Sequence record: SRR22947727_1587
Direction: 5' to 3' (one strand)
DNA: 42,242 bases
Under the pieces are notes generated by a model. The model was not told the DNA's origin and did not search any database. It was given only the letters and a program-made list of their open reading frames with translations. The position numbers and the translations under genes were made by a program. Shown in pieces: positions 1 through 11,406 of the stretch. How positions within the stretch are numbered: position 1 is the first letter of the stretch; every line of letters starts with the position of its first letter.

Positions 1-23
1 ATCGAACATACCCTATTGGTTCG
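1..23. repeat. Truncated copy of the 43-bp double-hairpin element (spacer plus one 20-nt unit)
   Basis: ATC-GAACATACCCTATTGGTTCG matches the right half of the other copies (e.g. GAACCGACCCTATTGGTTCG at 11281-11300). It is cut by the window start. Confidence 0.8.
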
Positions 24-47
24 AAAAACTCAGTTGGTTCGGAAAAT

Positions 48-3000
48 TCACCGGATCGTTACGAAATCGTTGTGATTCAAAATCGCGAGGACGAATTGCG
101 CTCGCATCCGTTTCTCATCGTAATTTTCACCAGCCAACTCACGAGTTTCGTTCTGGAATTGGCGGCATTCCTGCTGCTCTGACAAATTTGGTTTCCGGCA
201 CAGAAGCGTTTCGAAAACAGTCTCAGCGAAAGCGTCGAACTTGGAATCTCCTACTGAATCAGCAATCTGAGCCGCCATCGTGATCGCCAACTTACTATTA
301 TAGAGCGCCAGCGCCTGTTGAGGAATGATGCTCTCTGCACGGCGGTAACATTGCAAGATATCTGCTTCGTCAAACTTCGATTGCATCAAATCGGCGTGGT
401 CACGCGAATGCAGGAAATAGAGACTGCGACGTTTCCCTCCGCTATTGGGATTGATCGATGGACCACCGAGTGTCAGGTCCAATTCGCCCGCCAAATGGAG
501 CAGACTGTCGCGGACGGCCTGCGATTCCATTCGCCGCGAATTCATCCGCCACAAAAAATTATTGTTTGGATCTTTCGCTAGCGTCGCGGGATCGGCCCCT
601 GCCGCTGATGCCGTTGCCTGATAGGCTTTTGACGTCACCATCAGTCGATGCAGTTTCTTGAAGCTCCAGCCCGATTCGATGAATTCTGCGGCTAAAAAAT
701 CAAGCAGAGCCGCGTGTTCCGGGCGTGGTGCCTGACGCCCGAAATCAAACACAGTCGGTACGATTGGCTCTCCAAAATGTCGCATCCAAACATGATTCAC
801 CGCAACGCGCGCTGTGAGAGGATTCTCGCGATCCGTCGCCCACTTCGCCAACGCCAACCTTCGTCCTGTCGAGACCGGAGAATACGTTGCTGGGTAGTCT
901 GGCTCTTTGTGAGCCGGCCCTTCCAACGCTTTCCTGGAAGCCCTGAGAGATTTATATTCCAGCGTCCCTTTTTTGACAGCCGCCAAATTTTCAGTGGCCT
1001 TTTTTAAGAGAGCTTTGCCCACGTTCAGCTTTTTAGCGTCGCCTCCGGTGTTTGCCACGATTTCAAAATCTGCCTTCGCTTTCAAAAATTCAGCCTGCAG
1101 TTGCGCTGCTGTCTTTTCGAGGGCTCTGTTGGGCGCGTCCGAAAATTTCGCTCGATCCGCCGCAACAGTCGCTTTCAGGGAACTTGCCTCGGCTTCTGCC
1201 ATCGTGAGTTTGGCCTCGGCAGTTTTCACCGACTTTTTCAAATCCCCTGGCTCGGGCTCTGGAGCGGTCTTCGCTTTCGCATCGGTCAGATCAACATCAG
1301 CAGCCAAAGCAGTGACTGAAATTTCATCGAATGCGACTTCCGCATCGAAACCGGACAGCGCCAATTTTCCAGGTTTAGCGGAGCGCGACGGGAATTCGTA
1401 AGCCACTTGGAATTCGTCATTGATCCACACATTCACCAGACGATTCCGCACCGCGAACCGAAGATTGATCGTGTCGCCTACTTTAAATTTTCGCGCCTTG
1501 CGCCCTTCCCCTGGATAACTGCTTTGCCCGCCTCGACTGAATGCCGCCTGAACCTTTGGGCCAGGCGCATGGCCGCTTGTATAGACATAATTGGAAAACG
1601 AAAGGTCGTCGCTGAGATCAAATTTGAAGGTGACCGATTTGTAAACCGCCCCTCCGGTGAGTGTGTATCGGCAGCGGAGCTCGAAATCACGGGGAAGGGG
1701 TATTTTCGTAGTCACCGATTCCGCATCGCGAGTTGAGCGGGTTTGCCGGAGGGTGCCGTTTTCGTATTTCCAGCCATCCCCTGTTAGCTTCCAGATATCA
1801 GGATTCGGTTTGGAAAAATTTTCCGTCAGCGAGAAATTCTCAACCTGAACCTTCGCCTTCGAAGTCGCAGTGGTTGTGGGTTTTGGAGCGCTCGCAAAAT
1901 TGGCACGGGTGGCTTTCAGGGCTTCTGCGGCGGATTCAATCTTCTTTTCCGCTGCGTCGATTCGGTCCTGCTGCGCGACTGACCGACTTCCCGGCGCCCA
2001 CTCCCCAACCGGCAATGTAACGGGGATTGCCTTTGGCTCAAACTTCGAAAAAATTGCAGGCACACCCGCAACAATTTTTAAATCTTTATCAGGATTTTTC
2101 TCGTCGCCTTTTTTGTGAAGAAACGTAACGGCCTCAGGCTGATCATCAAAGGCGCGTGGCACGCCGTCTTTTTCGAAATCAATCACGCCCGGAACGGGAT
2201 CGAGCCGAATTTGATGCGGTTCAAAAACCGCCCGAAACCGGTAATAGTCTTCGTGACTCAACGGATCGTACTTGTGATCGTGGCACTTCGCGCAATTCAT
2301 GGTCAGACCGAAAAACGCCTTCCCCGTGTGCTCGACTGTGCTGTCGAGCCAAGTCGTGCGATTGAATAAAAAATAATTTCGTGCCAAAAATCCCGTCGCT
2401 CGGATGGCATCAGCGTCGCCGGGAGCAAGTTCGTCAGCTGCCAACATTTCCTGCACCATCCGATCGTAGCCTTTGTCGTCGTTGAGCGATTCGACAATCC
2501 AGTCCCGCCAGTGCCAGAGGTGCTTCTGGCTGTTTCGTAGTTGCGCGCCCAGTCCATACCAATCTGTGTATCGCCACACGTCCATCCAATGACGCGCCCA
2601 TCGCTCGCCGTGCTGAGAACTTGCCAAAAGCTCATCGGTGATGACTTCAAAACGCCGCCCATCAGCCAATTGTTCCGCTGTTGGAGGAAGGCCGATCAGA
2701 TCCAGATAAACCCGTCGTAACAGAATTTCCCGTTCGGCTTCCGGCTGCGGCTTCAGATTCTCAGCGTCCCGTTTTTTGCTCAAAAATGCATCGATCGGAT
2801 TTTTAAATACGGATTCAGGAATCGCCGGCCGCTCAATTCTCTGAAATGCCCAATGGGCAGCCGGATCGTCGTCTCCCAATTCGTTCTCCGGCTTCGGTGC
2901 TCCCGCAGCAATCCATTGTTTGATGGCTTCAATCTCCCCTGATTTCAGCGGCTCGCCCTCCGGCGGCATTCGCTCATCCAAATCGGTCGTTCCAATCCGC

Positions 3001-3218
3001 GCCACCAATTCATCGAGGGTCGTCCCCTCCAACAGTTGCTCGACGGTATCGAGTCGAAGATCTGCCTTCTGCTTCAACGCTCCGTGACAGGCGTAACAGC
3101 GCTCCTTCAGAACCGGCTTGATGTCCCGAAGATAATTGTCTGAAGGTGCTGCGAATCCCGGCTCCCAAAGGGATGCTAGCAAACCAATTCCTAAGACCAC
3201 TGGAAGACGTAATTTCAT
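48..3218 (-). CDS. Secreted planctomycete-type cytochrome c / DUF1549 / DUF1553 (PSD1) protein with an internal beta-sandwich domain
   Basis: Signal peptide; CYACH with downstream MPP; HWAF, NPIDAF, GERWARHWMDVWRY and CAKCHDHKYDP (DUF1549); GRRLALAKW, NPLTARVAVNHVW and RRMESQAVRDSLL (DUF1553). Confidence 0.9.
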   Translation of the reverse strand: MKLRLPVVLGIGLLASLWEPGFAAPSDNYLRDIKPVLKERCYACHGALKQKADLRLDTVEQLLEGTTLDELVARIGTTDLDERMPPEGEPLKSGEIEAIKQWIAAGAPKPENELGDDDPAAHWAFQRIERPAIPESVFKNPIDAFLSKKRDAENLKPQPEAEREILLRRVYLDLIGLPPTAEQLADGRRFEVITDELLASSQHGERWARHWMDVWRYTDWYGLGAQLRNSQKHLWHWRDWIVESLNDDKGYDRMVQEMLAADELAPGDADAIRATGFLARNYFLFNRTTWLDSTVEHTGKAFFGLTMNCAKCHDHKYDPLSHEDYYRFRAVFEPHQIRLDPVPGVIDFEKDGVPRAFDDQPEAVTFLHKKGDEKNPDKDLKIVAGVPAIFSKFEPKAIPVTLPVGEWAPGSRSVAQQDRIDAAEKKIESAAEALKATRANFASAPKPTTTATSKAKVQVENFSLTENFSKPNPDIWKLTGDGWKYENGTLRQTRSTRDAESVTTKIPLPRDFELRCRYTLTGGAVYKSVTFKFDLSDDLSFSNYVYTSGHAPGPKVQAAFSRGGQSSYPGEGRKARKFKVGDTINLRFAVRNRLVNVWINDEFQVAYEFPSRSAKPGKLALSGFDAEVAFDEISVTALAADVDLTDAKAKTAPEPEPGDLKKSVKTAEAKLTMAEAEASSLKATVAADRAKFSDAPNRALEKTAAQLQAEFLKAKADFEIVANTGGDAKKLNVGKALLKKATENLAAVKKGTLEYKSLRASRKALEGPAHKEPDYPATYSPVSTGRRLALAKWATDRENPLTARVAVNHVWMRHFGEPIVPTVFDFGRQAPRPEHAALLDFLAAEFIESGWSFKKLHRLMVTSKAYQATASAAGADPATLAKDPNNNFLWRMNSRRMESQAVRDSLLHLAGELDLTLGGPSINPNSGGKRRSLYFLHSRDHADLMQSKFDEADILQCYRRAESIIPQQALALYNSKLAITMAAQIADSVGDSKFDAFAETVFETLLCRKPNLSEQQECRQFQNETRELAGENYDEKRMRAQFVLAILNHNDFVTIR

Positions 3219-3227
3219 TCGCTTCCA

Positions 3228-3256
3228 ATTCTAAGGAGTCCACCGCGCCCCGTCAA
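3228..3256 (-). promoter_or_regulatory. sigma70-type promoter for the DUF1553 gene
   Basis: Minus strand reads TTGACG-N17-TAGAAT, ending 9 nt before the ATG at 3218. Confidence 0.7.
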
Positions 3257-3401
3257 TCTGCGGGAAGCGGCCACCTCCAGCCCCTCAAACTGTGTCGCGG
3301 GCCTGATCACGGTAGGTTTCGAGTTTGTTTTCTGATGGCCAGACCGATTGAATGAGTTGTCTTACCTTCGCGTGCCGATCGATTTTACTACAAAATATTG
3401 C

Positions 3402-4664
3402 ATGAAATTTTACCGTCTGAAACTGAAATGCCTTTTCGCCCTGTCTATGGTGATGACAATTCCTGCTATTGGCCAGGAGGCGAAGCCGCCTAGTTTCCCT
3501 GAAATCAATAAGGCACTTTCATCGGGCGGATCCCCCGTAAAGATCATTTGCTTCGGCGACAGTGTGACCGGCGTTTACTACCACACCGGTGGAGTTCGGG
3601 CCTACACCGACATGCTGGGAATCGCACTGAAGCAGATCCATCCCAAGGCTGATGTTACCATGATCAATGCGGGGATCAGCGGCCACACCACCGTGAATGC
3701 CCTGGCTCGCATCGATAGAGACGTTATCTCTCACCAGCCGGATGTGGTCACGGTGATGTTCGGACTCAACGACGTGGGGAAAAATGTGTCGATCGAAGAT
3801 TACCGCAAAAATCTAATCGAGATAGTCAAGCGATGCCGCGCCGCAGGTTCCGAGGTGGTTCTTTGTAATCCGAATGCCGTCGTAACCACCAAGGCCAGGC
3901 CCATTGAAAAACTGACCAAATATTGCAACGTCATTCGCGAAGTGGCCAAAGAACACGGCGTGCCGCTTTGTGATTCTTTTGCTGAATTCGAGGCGATGGG
4001 AAAACGCGACCGAGAAGCGTGGCTGATGACTTTGAGCGGCGAGATTCATCCGAACATGGCAGGGCACAAGGCGATTGCGGAGCAGTTGGCGCGAACAATC
4101 ACGGGACAGACAACTTCCCTGGTAGACGTCGGTCCACCGCGCCCGGCATTAGCCAAAACCGTGGAGCTGTTGAAGAAGAAAGCTCCCGTAAAGACTCTCG
4201 CGATGCCGCCTTACGATAAATTGGTTAATGAGGCACTGAAGTCGATCGATCCCGCCGCCAAATTGGAGACTACGCCATGGATCGTTGAGGACATGACTAG
4301 GGCCCTCATTCTAAAAGATGCCACTCATCGGGTGCGCAAGATGAAACCAAATCTTGTCTTCGTTGCGATCCCGCGAGGCGCGAACTCAGAGTCACGAGAA
4401 GCGTTCATCTACGAGCAAATGTGGACGGTGAATTACGCGCAGAGTTTTGGAAAAAAAGAATGGGACGTCGTCGTAATTCATCCCTCAGTGGCCGAACCAA
4501 GGGCCGACCCCTCTGACGCCGAAAACGACGCCCTCATCCGAACGATCACCGCCGCCCAGGATTTGCACTTGATCGATCGGGCTCCCGGCGACGAACGCAG
4601 TGCTGCCGCCATCTTGTCCGATTGGATTTCGAAGGCCGTGGCTGCGAGCGCGGTATTACGGTAA
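3402..4664 (+). CDS. Secreted SGNH/GDSL hydrolase with a C-terminal extension
   Basis: FGDSVT (block I), NAGISG (II), FGLND (III) and EIHPN (V). The ATG at 3402 gives a signal peptide and is preferred over the ORF-track start at 3348. Confidence 0.85.
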   Translation: MKFYRLKLKCLFALSMVMTIPAIGQEAKPPSFPEINKALSSGGSPVKIICFGDSVTGVYYHTGGVRAYTDMLGIALKQIHPKADVTMINAGISGHTTVNALARIDRDVISHQPDVVTVMFGLNDVGKNVSIEDYRKNLIEIVKRCRAAGSEVVLCNPNAVVTTKARPIEKLTKYCNVIREVAKEHGVPLCDSFAEFEAMGKRDREAWLMTLSGEIHPNMAGHKAIAEQLARTITGQTTSLVDVGPPRPALAKTVELLKKKAPVKTLAMPPYDKLVNEALKSIDPAAKLETTPWIVEDMTRALILKDATHRVRKMKPNLVFVAIPRGANSESREAFIYEQMWTVNYAQSFGKKEWDVVVIHPSVAEPRADPSDAENDALIRTITAAQDLHLIDRAPGDERSAAAILSDWISKAVAASAVLR

Positions 4665-4704
4665 ACGCTCTAAGATTGCTATCACCGAACCGACCTCTTG
4701 CCAC

Positions 4705-6198
4705 TTACGGCAGTTGGGTCTGGCCCATGAGAAAGCGGTCGCATTCGCGGGCGGCTCCCCGGCCTTCATTGATCGCCCAGACGACGAGGCTCTGGCCACG
4801 CCGCATGTCTCCGGCGGCAAAGACGCCTTCGACGGTGGTGGTGTATTTCTCGAACTCAGCGGAAACATTGGATCGTGCATCGGTATCCAGACCGAGCTTT
4901 TCGACAATCGTCTGATCGGGTCCGAGGAATCCCATCGCGAGAAGAACGAGATCGGCCTTGATGATACGATTCGAACCTTCGACTTCCTGGGGAGTGAAAC
5001 GTCCGGAGTCTGCATCGCGAACCCATTCGACACGCACCAGTTCAAGTTCGCTGACGTCGCCGCTGGCATTGCCGATGAATCGCTTGGAAGAAACGAGATA
5101 TTCGCGAGGATCCTGCCCCTGAATGTCATTCGCCTCTTCCTGGCCATAGTCCATTTTGTAGACGCGGGGCCATTCAGGCCACGGATTATTGTCGGCGCGC
5201 TCGCCGGGAGGTTTGGCCAGAATCTCGAGCTGAATCACGTTGGTGCATTCATGACGGAGCGATGTGCCCACACAGTCGGTGCCGGTGTCGCCACCACCAA
5301 TGACGACGACATTCTTCCCTTTGGCATCAATCGGCGGACGTGTGTCGCTGAAATCGTTGTCGAGAAGTGATTTGGTGTTCGAGCTAAGAAATTCCATGGC
5401 AAAGTGCACCCCATTCAGCGTGCGGCCTTCGATGGGAAGATCGCGCGGCACGGTGGCACCGCAGCAAAGGACGATTGCGTCGGTTTCCTTCCGAATTTCT
5501 TCGATGTCGTGAGTGACTCCGATATTGGCGTTGGTGACGAATTTCACGCCTTCTTCACGCATCAGGTTGACGCGACGTTCCACGACTTCGCGCTTGTCGA
5601 GTTTCATGTTGGGAATTCCATACATGAGAAGTCCGCCAATCCGGTCAGCTCGTTCGTAAACGGTCACCTCGTGACCAGCTTTGTTCAGCTGATCGGCGCA
5701 GGAAAGACCAGCAGGGCCGGAACCAACCACCGCTACTTTTTTACCGGTGCGTTCCTCGGGCGGAGTAGGCGGAAGCCAGCCCTCTTCCCAGCCGCGATCA
5801 ATGATGGAGCACTCGATGTTCTTGATCGTAACCGCAGGATCGATCACACCGAGAACGCAGGAACCTTCACAAGGCGCGGGACAAACGCGACCGGTGAATT
5901 CGGGAAAGTTGTTTGTTTTACGCAGGCGGCCGAGAGCTTCCTCCCAGCGGCCACGATAAACGAGATCGTTGAACTCCGGGATCAGGTTATTGATCGGACA
6001 ACCGCTGGCAACCCCTTCGATGGTCATGCCAGTGTGGCAATAGGGCACTCCGCAGTCCATGCAGCGTGCCGCCTGTGTAGAAACGTTTTCGTCGACGCGA
6101 TGGTCGTGAATCTCCTTCCAGTCCTTCAGCCTTTGCAGGGGAGAACGGTCAGGAATCGGTTGGCGTTTGAATTCGAGAAATCCGGTTGGCTTACCCAT
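4705..6198 (-). CDS. gltD: Glutamate synthase small subunit
   Basis: MGKPTGF N-terminus, [10 protein letters not shown] and [12 protein letters not shown] Fe-S motifs, [33 protein letters not shown]; directly downstream of gltB. Confidence 0.97.
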   Translation of the reverse strand: MGKPTGFLEFKRQPIPDRSPLQRLKDWKEIHDHRVDENVSTQAARCMDCGVPYCHTGMTIEGVASGCPINNLIPEFNDLVYRGRWEEALGRLRKTNNFPEFTGRVCPAPCEGSCVLGVIDPAVTIKNIECSIIDRGWEEGWLPPTPPEERTGKKVAVVGSGPAGLSCADQLNKAGHEVTVYERADRIGGLLMYGIPNMKLDKREVVERRVNLMREEGVKFVTNANIGVTHDIEEIRKETDAIVLCCGATVPRDLPIEGRTLNGVHFAMEFLSSNTKSLLDNDFSDTRPPIDAKGKNVVVIGGGDTGTDCVGTSLRHECTNVIQLEILAKPPGERADNNPWPEWPRVYKMDYGQEEANDIQGQDPREYLVSSKRFIGNASGDVSELELVRVEWVRDADSGRFTPQEVEGSNRIIKADLVLLAMGFLGPDQTIVEKLGLDTDARSNVSAEFEKYTTTVEGVFAAGDMRRGQSLVVWAINEGRGAARECDRFLMGQTQLP

Positions 6199-6249
6199 GA
6201 TAAAAAATAGTATAAAGTGAAAAAATAAAAAGTTGGTTGGCTTGCGCTC

Positions 6250-9200
6250 TTAGTGGCCGGCTTTGACGTTTTCTTCGAAAGCAGCCTGAATGGCGTCGTC
6301 GCCCCGGAGACCTTTGCTTTCCGCTCGGGCCACCGCATCAAGGACGCGCTCGTAGTCACTCGGAAGCACTTTGACAAATTTAGGTAGAAGCGCATCCCAG
6401 TCGTCGAGAATAGCCTGACCTCGCACACTTCCCGTCAGTTCGACGTGGCGTTCGAGGCGGGCTTTCACCGCAGCAATTTCTTCATCGGTGCTCTCAATGA
6501 GTTGGTAAACATTCACCATCTCGCGGTTGAGACGTTTGCTAATGAAATCGCCTTCCTCATCAAAAACATAAGCAGTTCCACCCGACATGCCTGCTCCGAA
6601 GTTTCGACCGGTCGACCCGATGCAGATGACTTCGCCGCCGGTCATGTATTCGCAGCCGTGGTCACCCACGCCTTCGATGACGGCTTTGACGCCACTGTTT
6701 CGCACGCAGAATCGCTCGCCCGCCATACCGGCGATAAACGCTTCGCCTGATGTGGCGCCATAGAATCCAGTGTTACCCGTAATGACGTTTTCGTGAGCGA
6801 CGAAAGTGGAAACCTTCGGCGGGTAAACGATGATCTTTCCTCCGGAAAGCCCCTTACCGCAATAGTCGTTGGTATCACCTTCGACCGTCAAGGTCATGCC
6901 ACGAGGGCAGAAGGCACCAAGACTCTGTCCGGCTGATCCGTTGAACTTCAATTGAATGGTGTCATCGGGCAATCCCTCACCGCCATGACGTCGGGAGATT
7001 TCGGCTCCGACGATGGTTCCGACCACGCGGTTGATATTCACGATAGGAAGCTCAGCCGTCACTTTTTCACCAAGCTCAATCGCAGGTTTGCAAATCTTGA
7101 GCAAATCGGTGTTATCAAGCGCCAGCTCTAGTCGGTGATCCTGCTTTTGCGAGCAGAAGGTGCCGACTTCGGGGCCGGTTTTCGGGCGGTAGAGAATCTT
7201 GGAATAGTTGAGCCCCTTCGCCTTCCAGTGATCAATAGCGTGGCGCATTTCGAGTTTCTCGACTTTACCAACCATCTCCGGAATCGTGCGGAAACCAAGT
7301 TCTGCCATGATCTCCCGCATTTCCTCAGCGATGAACATCATGAAATTCACCACGGAATCCGGTGAACCTTTGAACTTCTTGCGGAGCTCAGGATTCTGCG
7401 TCGCAACGCCTACCGGACAGGTGTTCTTGTGGCAGACTCGCATCATGATACACCCGAGGGTAACCAATGGCGCGGTCGCGAAGCCAAATTCTTCACCTCC
7501 AAGCAAACAAGCAATGGCGACGTCGCGTCCGGTTTTCAACTGACCATCCACTTCGACAACCACGCGGCTGCGCAGATCGTTAAGGAGGAGCGTCTGGTTT
7601 GTTTCGGCAAGACCAAGTTCCCAGGGCGCTCCCGCATGCTGGATGCTGGACCGTGGAGAAGCTCCGGTGCCGCCGTCGTGGCCGGAAATCAGAATGACAT
7701 CCGCTTTGGCCTTGGCCACTCCGGTTGCCACCGTGCCGACTCCAACTTCGGAGACCAGTTTGACGTTGACCCGCGCATGCACATTCGCATTCTTCAAGTC
7801 GTGAACGAGCTGCTGAAGATCCTCAATCGAGTAAATATCGTGGTGAGGAGGCGGAGAAATCAATCCCACTCCCGGTGTTGTCCCGCGAGTTTTAGCAATC
7901 GGAGGCAACACCTTGTGACCGGGAAGTTCGCCGCCTTCACCCGGCTTGGCACCCTGCACGATCTTGATCTGAAGCTCATCAGCATTGACGAGGTAATGAC
8001 TGGTGACGCCGAATCGTCCAGATGCGATCTGCTTGATCGCTGATCGCCGAAGATCGCCGTCTTCATCACTGGTAAAACGATCTGGATCCTCGCCGCCTTC
8101 GCCTGTGTTTGATTTGCCGCCAATGCGATTCATCGCGATCGCAATTGCTTCGTGAGCTTCTTTGCTGATCGATCCGTAGGACATCGCCCCGGTCTTGAAT
8201 CGCTTCACGATTTCGGACGCAGGCTCAACTTCATCAATTGGAATCGATTTGGCAGGATCAATCTTGAACTCCATCAATCCTCGAAGCGTGAACATTTCAC
8301 GCGTCTGATCGTTGACCGTCTTCGAATATTCTTTAAAGACGTTGAAATCCTTACCCCAAGTCGCCTGCTGAAGCTTGTGGATTGTAATCGGGCTGAACAG
8401 GTGGCGCTCGCCATCTTTCCGCCACTGATAAACACCGCCGGAATCCAGAGCGTCATTTGCCTCATCCTGGCGTTCGCCAAAGGCATCCTGATGACGCATA
8501 AAGACTTCCTGTGAAATCGTCTCCAGACCAATTCCTTCCACCCGGGAGGATGTTTTCGCGAAGTAACGATCAATCACCGAAGTATTCAGGCCGATCGCCT
8601 CGAAGATCTGTGCACCCCGATAACTGGCCACCGTCGAAATACCCATCTTCGCCATCGTCTTGGTCACTCCCTTGATGTTCGCTTTGATGAAATTGGCTCG
8701 GGCTTTTGCCGGCTCTATATCAAGGTCTGCGTCCTGAATCAAGTGCTCGACCGTTTCGAGGGCCAAATAAGGATTGATCGCATCACAACCGTAACCGAAC
8801 AGAAGCGCAAAGTGTTGAACTTCACGCGGTTCTCCGGATTCGAGGACAAGAGAAACCTTGCCGCGTATTCCCTCATCGATCAGGTGATGATGCAGTCCTG
8901 AAACGGCCAGCAAAGCAGGAATAGGCGCGTGATTTTTGTCAATGCCGCGATCGGAAAGAACGATGATATTCACATCGTCCTTGATGGCGTCTTCCGCCAT
9001 TTTAAAGAGGAGGTCGAGAGCATCGTGCAAGCCCTTACCCCGCTTCACCGCGCGAGGTTCATCGGCTGATTGATGCTTGTTCTCCAAACCTTCATGATCC
9101 GTGTTGGGATCAAATAGAATCGGCAGCGTCGCTGACTTGAAGCCAGGGGCCTTGTAATCGCGGATCTGAGCGAGCTTTTCGTTGTCGATGATCGGATTCT

Positions 9201-10926
9201 CCAACTTGATCATCCGACAGTTCTCCGGCCCTGGATTGACCAAGTCCGCTTCGGAACCCAGAAAGGTAACCGTAGCCGTGACCAGCTCCTCACGGATAGG
9301 ATCAATCGGCGGATTCGTCACCTGAGCAAACAGCTGCCTGAAGTAATTGTAGATCGACTGCGGCCGGTCAGAAAGCACCGCGAGCGGCGTATCATTACCC
9401 ATTGCACCAAGCGGTTGAGCACCCGATGCGGCACTCGGCTTGATCAGCAATCCGAGATCTTCGTAGGTAAAACCGAACGCTTTCTGCCGTAGCAAAAGCG
9501 TTTCCTCGTCCAGTCCCGGAACAACACGGGTCGGAGCAGGCAGATCACTTTCGTCGACCCGATTCTCCTTCAGCCATTCGCCGTAAGGTGCCTTGCTGGC
9601 GATCTTTTCCTTCAGCTCCGTATCATCAATGATGCGGCCTTCCTCAGTATCGACGAGAAACATGCGGCCTGGCTGAAGTCGGCCCTTCTTGACCACTTTC
9701 GCCGGATCGATATCAGGCAGAACTCCCACCTCCGATGCCATGATCACGAGATCATCGCTCGTCACATAGTAACGCGAGGGGCGCAGACCGTTTCGATCGA
9801 GAATCGCCCCAATTTGCTTGCCATCCATGAACGCAATCGACGCAGGACCGTCCCACGGCTCCATCATGCAGGCGTGGTATTCATAAAAATCACGCTTCGT
9901 CTGCGACATCATCTGATGCTTCTCCCACGGCTCGGGGATCATCATCATGATCACCTCTGGCAGACTGCGGCCCGCCATCATGAAAAATTCCAGGCAATTG
10001 TCGAACTGCTGAGAATCCGATCCGTCACCCGCAATGATCGGAAGAAGCTTCTTCAAATCCTTACCAAAAAGATCACTCTCAAACTGCTCTTCACGCGCCG
10101 CCATCCAGTTTTCATTGCCGCGCATCGTGTTGATCTCACCGTTGTGGCACGTGTAGCGGAAAGGCTGAGCACGGGGCCAGCTGGGAAATGTGTTCGTGCT
10201 GAAACGCGAATGCACCAGCGCCATCGTCGTTTCCATATCTGGGTGATGCATATCCGGGAAAAACGTGGACAGCTGATCCGTTGTCAGCATGCCCTTATAT
10301 CCGATCACCCGGCTCGAAAGCGTCGGCATATAGAAAAATCCGTCAACGCCACCCTGCTGATAACGAATCCGATAGCTCGCGATTCGGCGAATCAAGTAAA
10401 GCGTGCGCTCAAACTCTTCCACATCCTTTATCTCGGCCGAGCGCCCCACAAAGATCTGCTCCATTTTCGGTTCACTGGCAGCCGAAGCCTTTCCCAGGTC
10501 TTCATTGGCAACCGGAAGATCACGCCACCCGAGCAATGTTTGCCCTCTTTCCTCGATAACCTCTGTGAGCACTTGCCGTTCAGCAGCCGCCAGATCAGCA
10601 TCCGGGGAGAAAAAGACCGAGCCCGCCGCGAAATAGCCCGGCTCAGGAAGATCAATGCCTTCCTCCTTAGCGACCGTCGCAAAAAACTTGTGCGGCATTG
10701 CCATCAGCATGCCTGCGCCATCGCCAGTGTTCGAATCACAACCACATCCACCGCGGTGGTCGAGTTTCGTGCAAATCTCGAGCGCTCCCTGAACGATGTC
10801 ACGAGAAGGAATACCTTTCATATTTACCAGAAAGCCGACTCCACACGAGTCATGTTCGTTAGCAGGGTCGTAGAGCCCCTGTTTAGGAGGCTGGACGGGC
10901 TGAGGAGATGTATTTTTCGAAGACAT
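6250..10926 (-). CDS. gltB: Glutamate synthase large subunit
   Basis: HDSCGVGF Ntn-amidotransferase start, [55 protein letters not shown] [3Fe-4S] motif and GXGXG C-terminal domain; 1558 aa. Confidence 0.98.
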   Translation of the reverse strand: MSSKNTSPQPVQPPKQGLYDPANEHDSCGVGFLVNMKGIPSRDIVQGALEICTKLDHRGGCGCDSNTGDGAGMLMAMPHKFFATVAKEEGIDLPEPGYFAAGSVFFSPDADLAAAERQVLTEVIEERGQTLLGWRDLPVANEDLGKASAASEPKMEQIFVGRSAEIKDVEEFERTLYLIRRIASYRIRYQQGGVDGFFYMPTLSSRVIGYKGMLTTDQLSTFFPDMHHPDMETTMALVHSRFSTNTFPSWPRAQPFRYTCHNGEINTMRGNENWMAAREEQFESDLFGKDLKKLLPIIAGDGSDSQQFDNCLEFFMMAGRSLPEVIMMMIPEPWEKHQMMSQTKRDFYEYHACMMEPWDGPASIAFMDGKQIGAILDRNGLRPSRYYVTSDDLVIMASEVGVLPDIDPAKVVKKGRLQPGRMFLVDTEEGRIIDDTELKEKIASKAPYGEWLKENRVDESDLPAPTRVVPGLDEETLLLRQKAFGFTYEDLGLLIKPSAASGAQPLGAMGNDTPLAVLSDRPQSIYNYFRQLFAQVTNPPIDPIREELVTATVTFLGSEADLVNPGPENCRMIKLENPIIDNEKLAQIRDYKAPGFKSATLPILFDPNTDHEGLENKHQSADEPRAVKRGKGLHDALDLLFKMAEDAIKDDVNIIVLSDRGIDKNHAPIPALLAVSGLHHHLIDEGIRGKVSLVLESGEPREVQHFALLFGYGCDAINPYLALETVEHLIQDADLDIEPAKARANFIKANIKGVTKTMAKMGISTVASYRGAQIFEAIGLNTSVIDRYFAKTSSRVEGIGLETISQEVFMRHQDAFGERQDEANDALDSGGVYQWRKDGERHLFSPITIHKLQQATWGKDFNVFKEYSKTVNDQTREMFTLRGLMEFKIDPAKSIPIDEVEPASEIVKRFKTGAMSYGSISKEAHEAIAIAMNRIGGKSNTGEGGEDPDRFTSDEDGDLRRSAIKQIASGRFGVTSHYLVNADELQIKIVQGAKPGEGGELPGHKVLPPIAKTRGTTPGVGLISPPPHHDIYSIEDLQQLVHDLKNANVHARVNVKLVSEVGVGTVATGVAKAKADVILISGHDGGTGASPRSSIQHAGAPWELGLAETNQTLLLNDLRSRVVVEVDGQLKTGRDVAIACLLGGEEFGFATAPLVTLGCIMMRVCHKNTCPVGVATQNPELRKKFKGSPDSVVNFMMFIAEEMREIMAELGFRTIPEMVGKVEKLEMRHAIDHWKAKGLNYSKILYRPKTGPEVGTFCSQKQDHRLELALDNTDLLKICKPAIELGEKVTAELPIVNINRVVGTIVGAEISRRHGGEGLPDDTIQLKFNGSAGQSLGAFCPRGMTLTVEGDTNDYCGKGLSGGKIIVYPPKVSTFVAHENVITGNTGFYGATSGEAFIAGMAGERFCVRNSGVKAVIEGVGDHGCEYMTGGEVICIGSTGRNFGAGMSGGTAYVFDEEGDFISKRLNREMVNVYQLIESTDEEIAAVKARLERHVELTGSVRGQAILDDWDALLPKFVKVLPSDYERVLDAVARAESKGLRGDDAIQAAFEENVKAGH

Positions 10927-11004
10927 GGTACGAGATTGGGACGCCGAATCAGATCCGGCAGCGGAATAAGAGCAGATAAATAGAGATCTGGAAGAAAAAA
11001 TTCA

Positions 11005-11020
11005 AGCAAAACCAGTACCA
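11005..11020 (-). promoter_or_regulatory. sigma54 (-24/-12) promoter upstream of gltBD
   Basis: Minus strand TGGTAC-TGGTT-TTGCT fits TGGYAC-N5-TTGCW with exact GG/GC spacing. It points at gltB and lies 78 nt from its start. Confidence 0.7.
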
Positions 11021-11257
11021 TTTCCCTCGTTCAATCGAGGTAGGAGAAAATTAAATTCGCCTGCCGATTGCCGATTCGAGTAGATGGCGCCCTCGATTGT
11101 CCGATCAGCCCTTTCCCAGAGCGCGCCGCCGGTGTCGTCGAAATTCTGCATGGCACCCTCCATTCTGGCTGAATCAACGCCCCGATAAAAGCCCTGAAAA
11201 AGTAATATCCGGCTATCTTTGATCCAGAAAGCCATTTCCGTGACAAAAGCGCCTTTT

Positions 11258-11300
11258 CGATCGAACAGGGTCTGTTCGATGAACCGACCCTATTGGTTCG
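11258..11300. repeat. 43-bp double-hairpin REP-like element (AGGG..CCCT isoform)
   Basis: CGATCGAACAGGGTCTGTTC-GAT-GAACCGACCCTATTGGTTCG. Confidence 0.85.
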
Positions 11301-11406
11301 TTATTTTTTGGCCGAGAAGAACGAAACGCAATTCCGTCCCTCGTTCCACAAATCGAAGCGTGCAGAATTTGGAATCACTCGCTAGCATCCTGCCATTGTT
11401 GTTTTC

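Noticed and set aside
10943-10959. Short hairpin in the gltB leader as a riboswitch (e.g. glutamine-sensing)
   Set aside because: Only one small stem is visible in a leader of about 68 nt, and I cannot recognise an aptamer consensus. An Rfam/Infernal scan would be needed.
4600-10983. Long plus-strand ORFs antisense to gltD/gltB (e.g. 9814..10983, 5404..6210, 4600..5370)
   Set aside because: These are shadow ORFs of strongly conserved genes with no recognisable motifs. The same applies to 12658..13620 and 26867..27580.
11151-11166. Plus-strand TGGCAC as a sigma54 promoter for uxuA
   Set aside because: There is no TTGC at the -12 position (the sequence reads TGGCACCCTCCATTCT).
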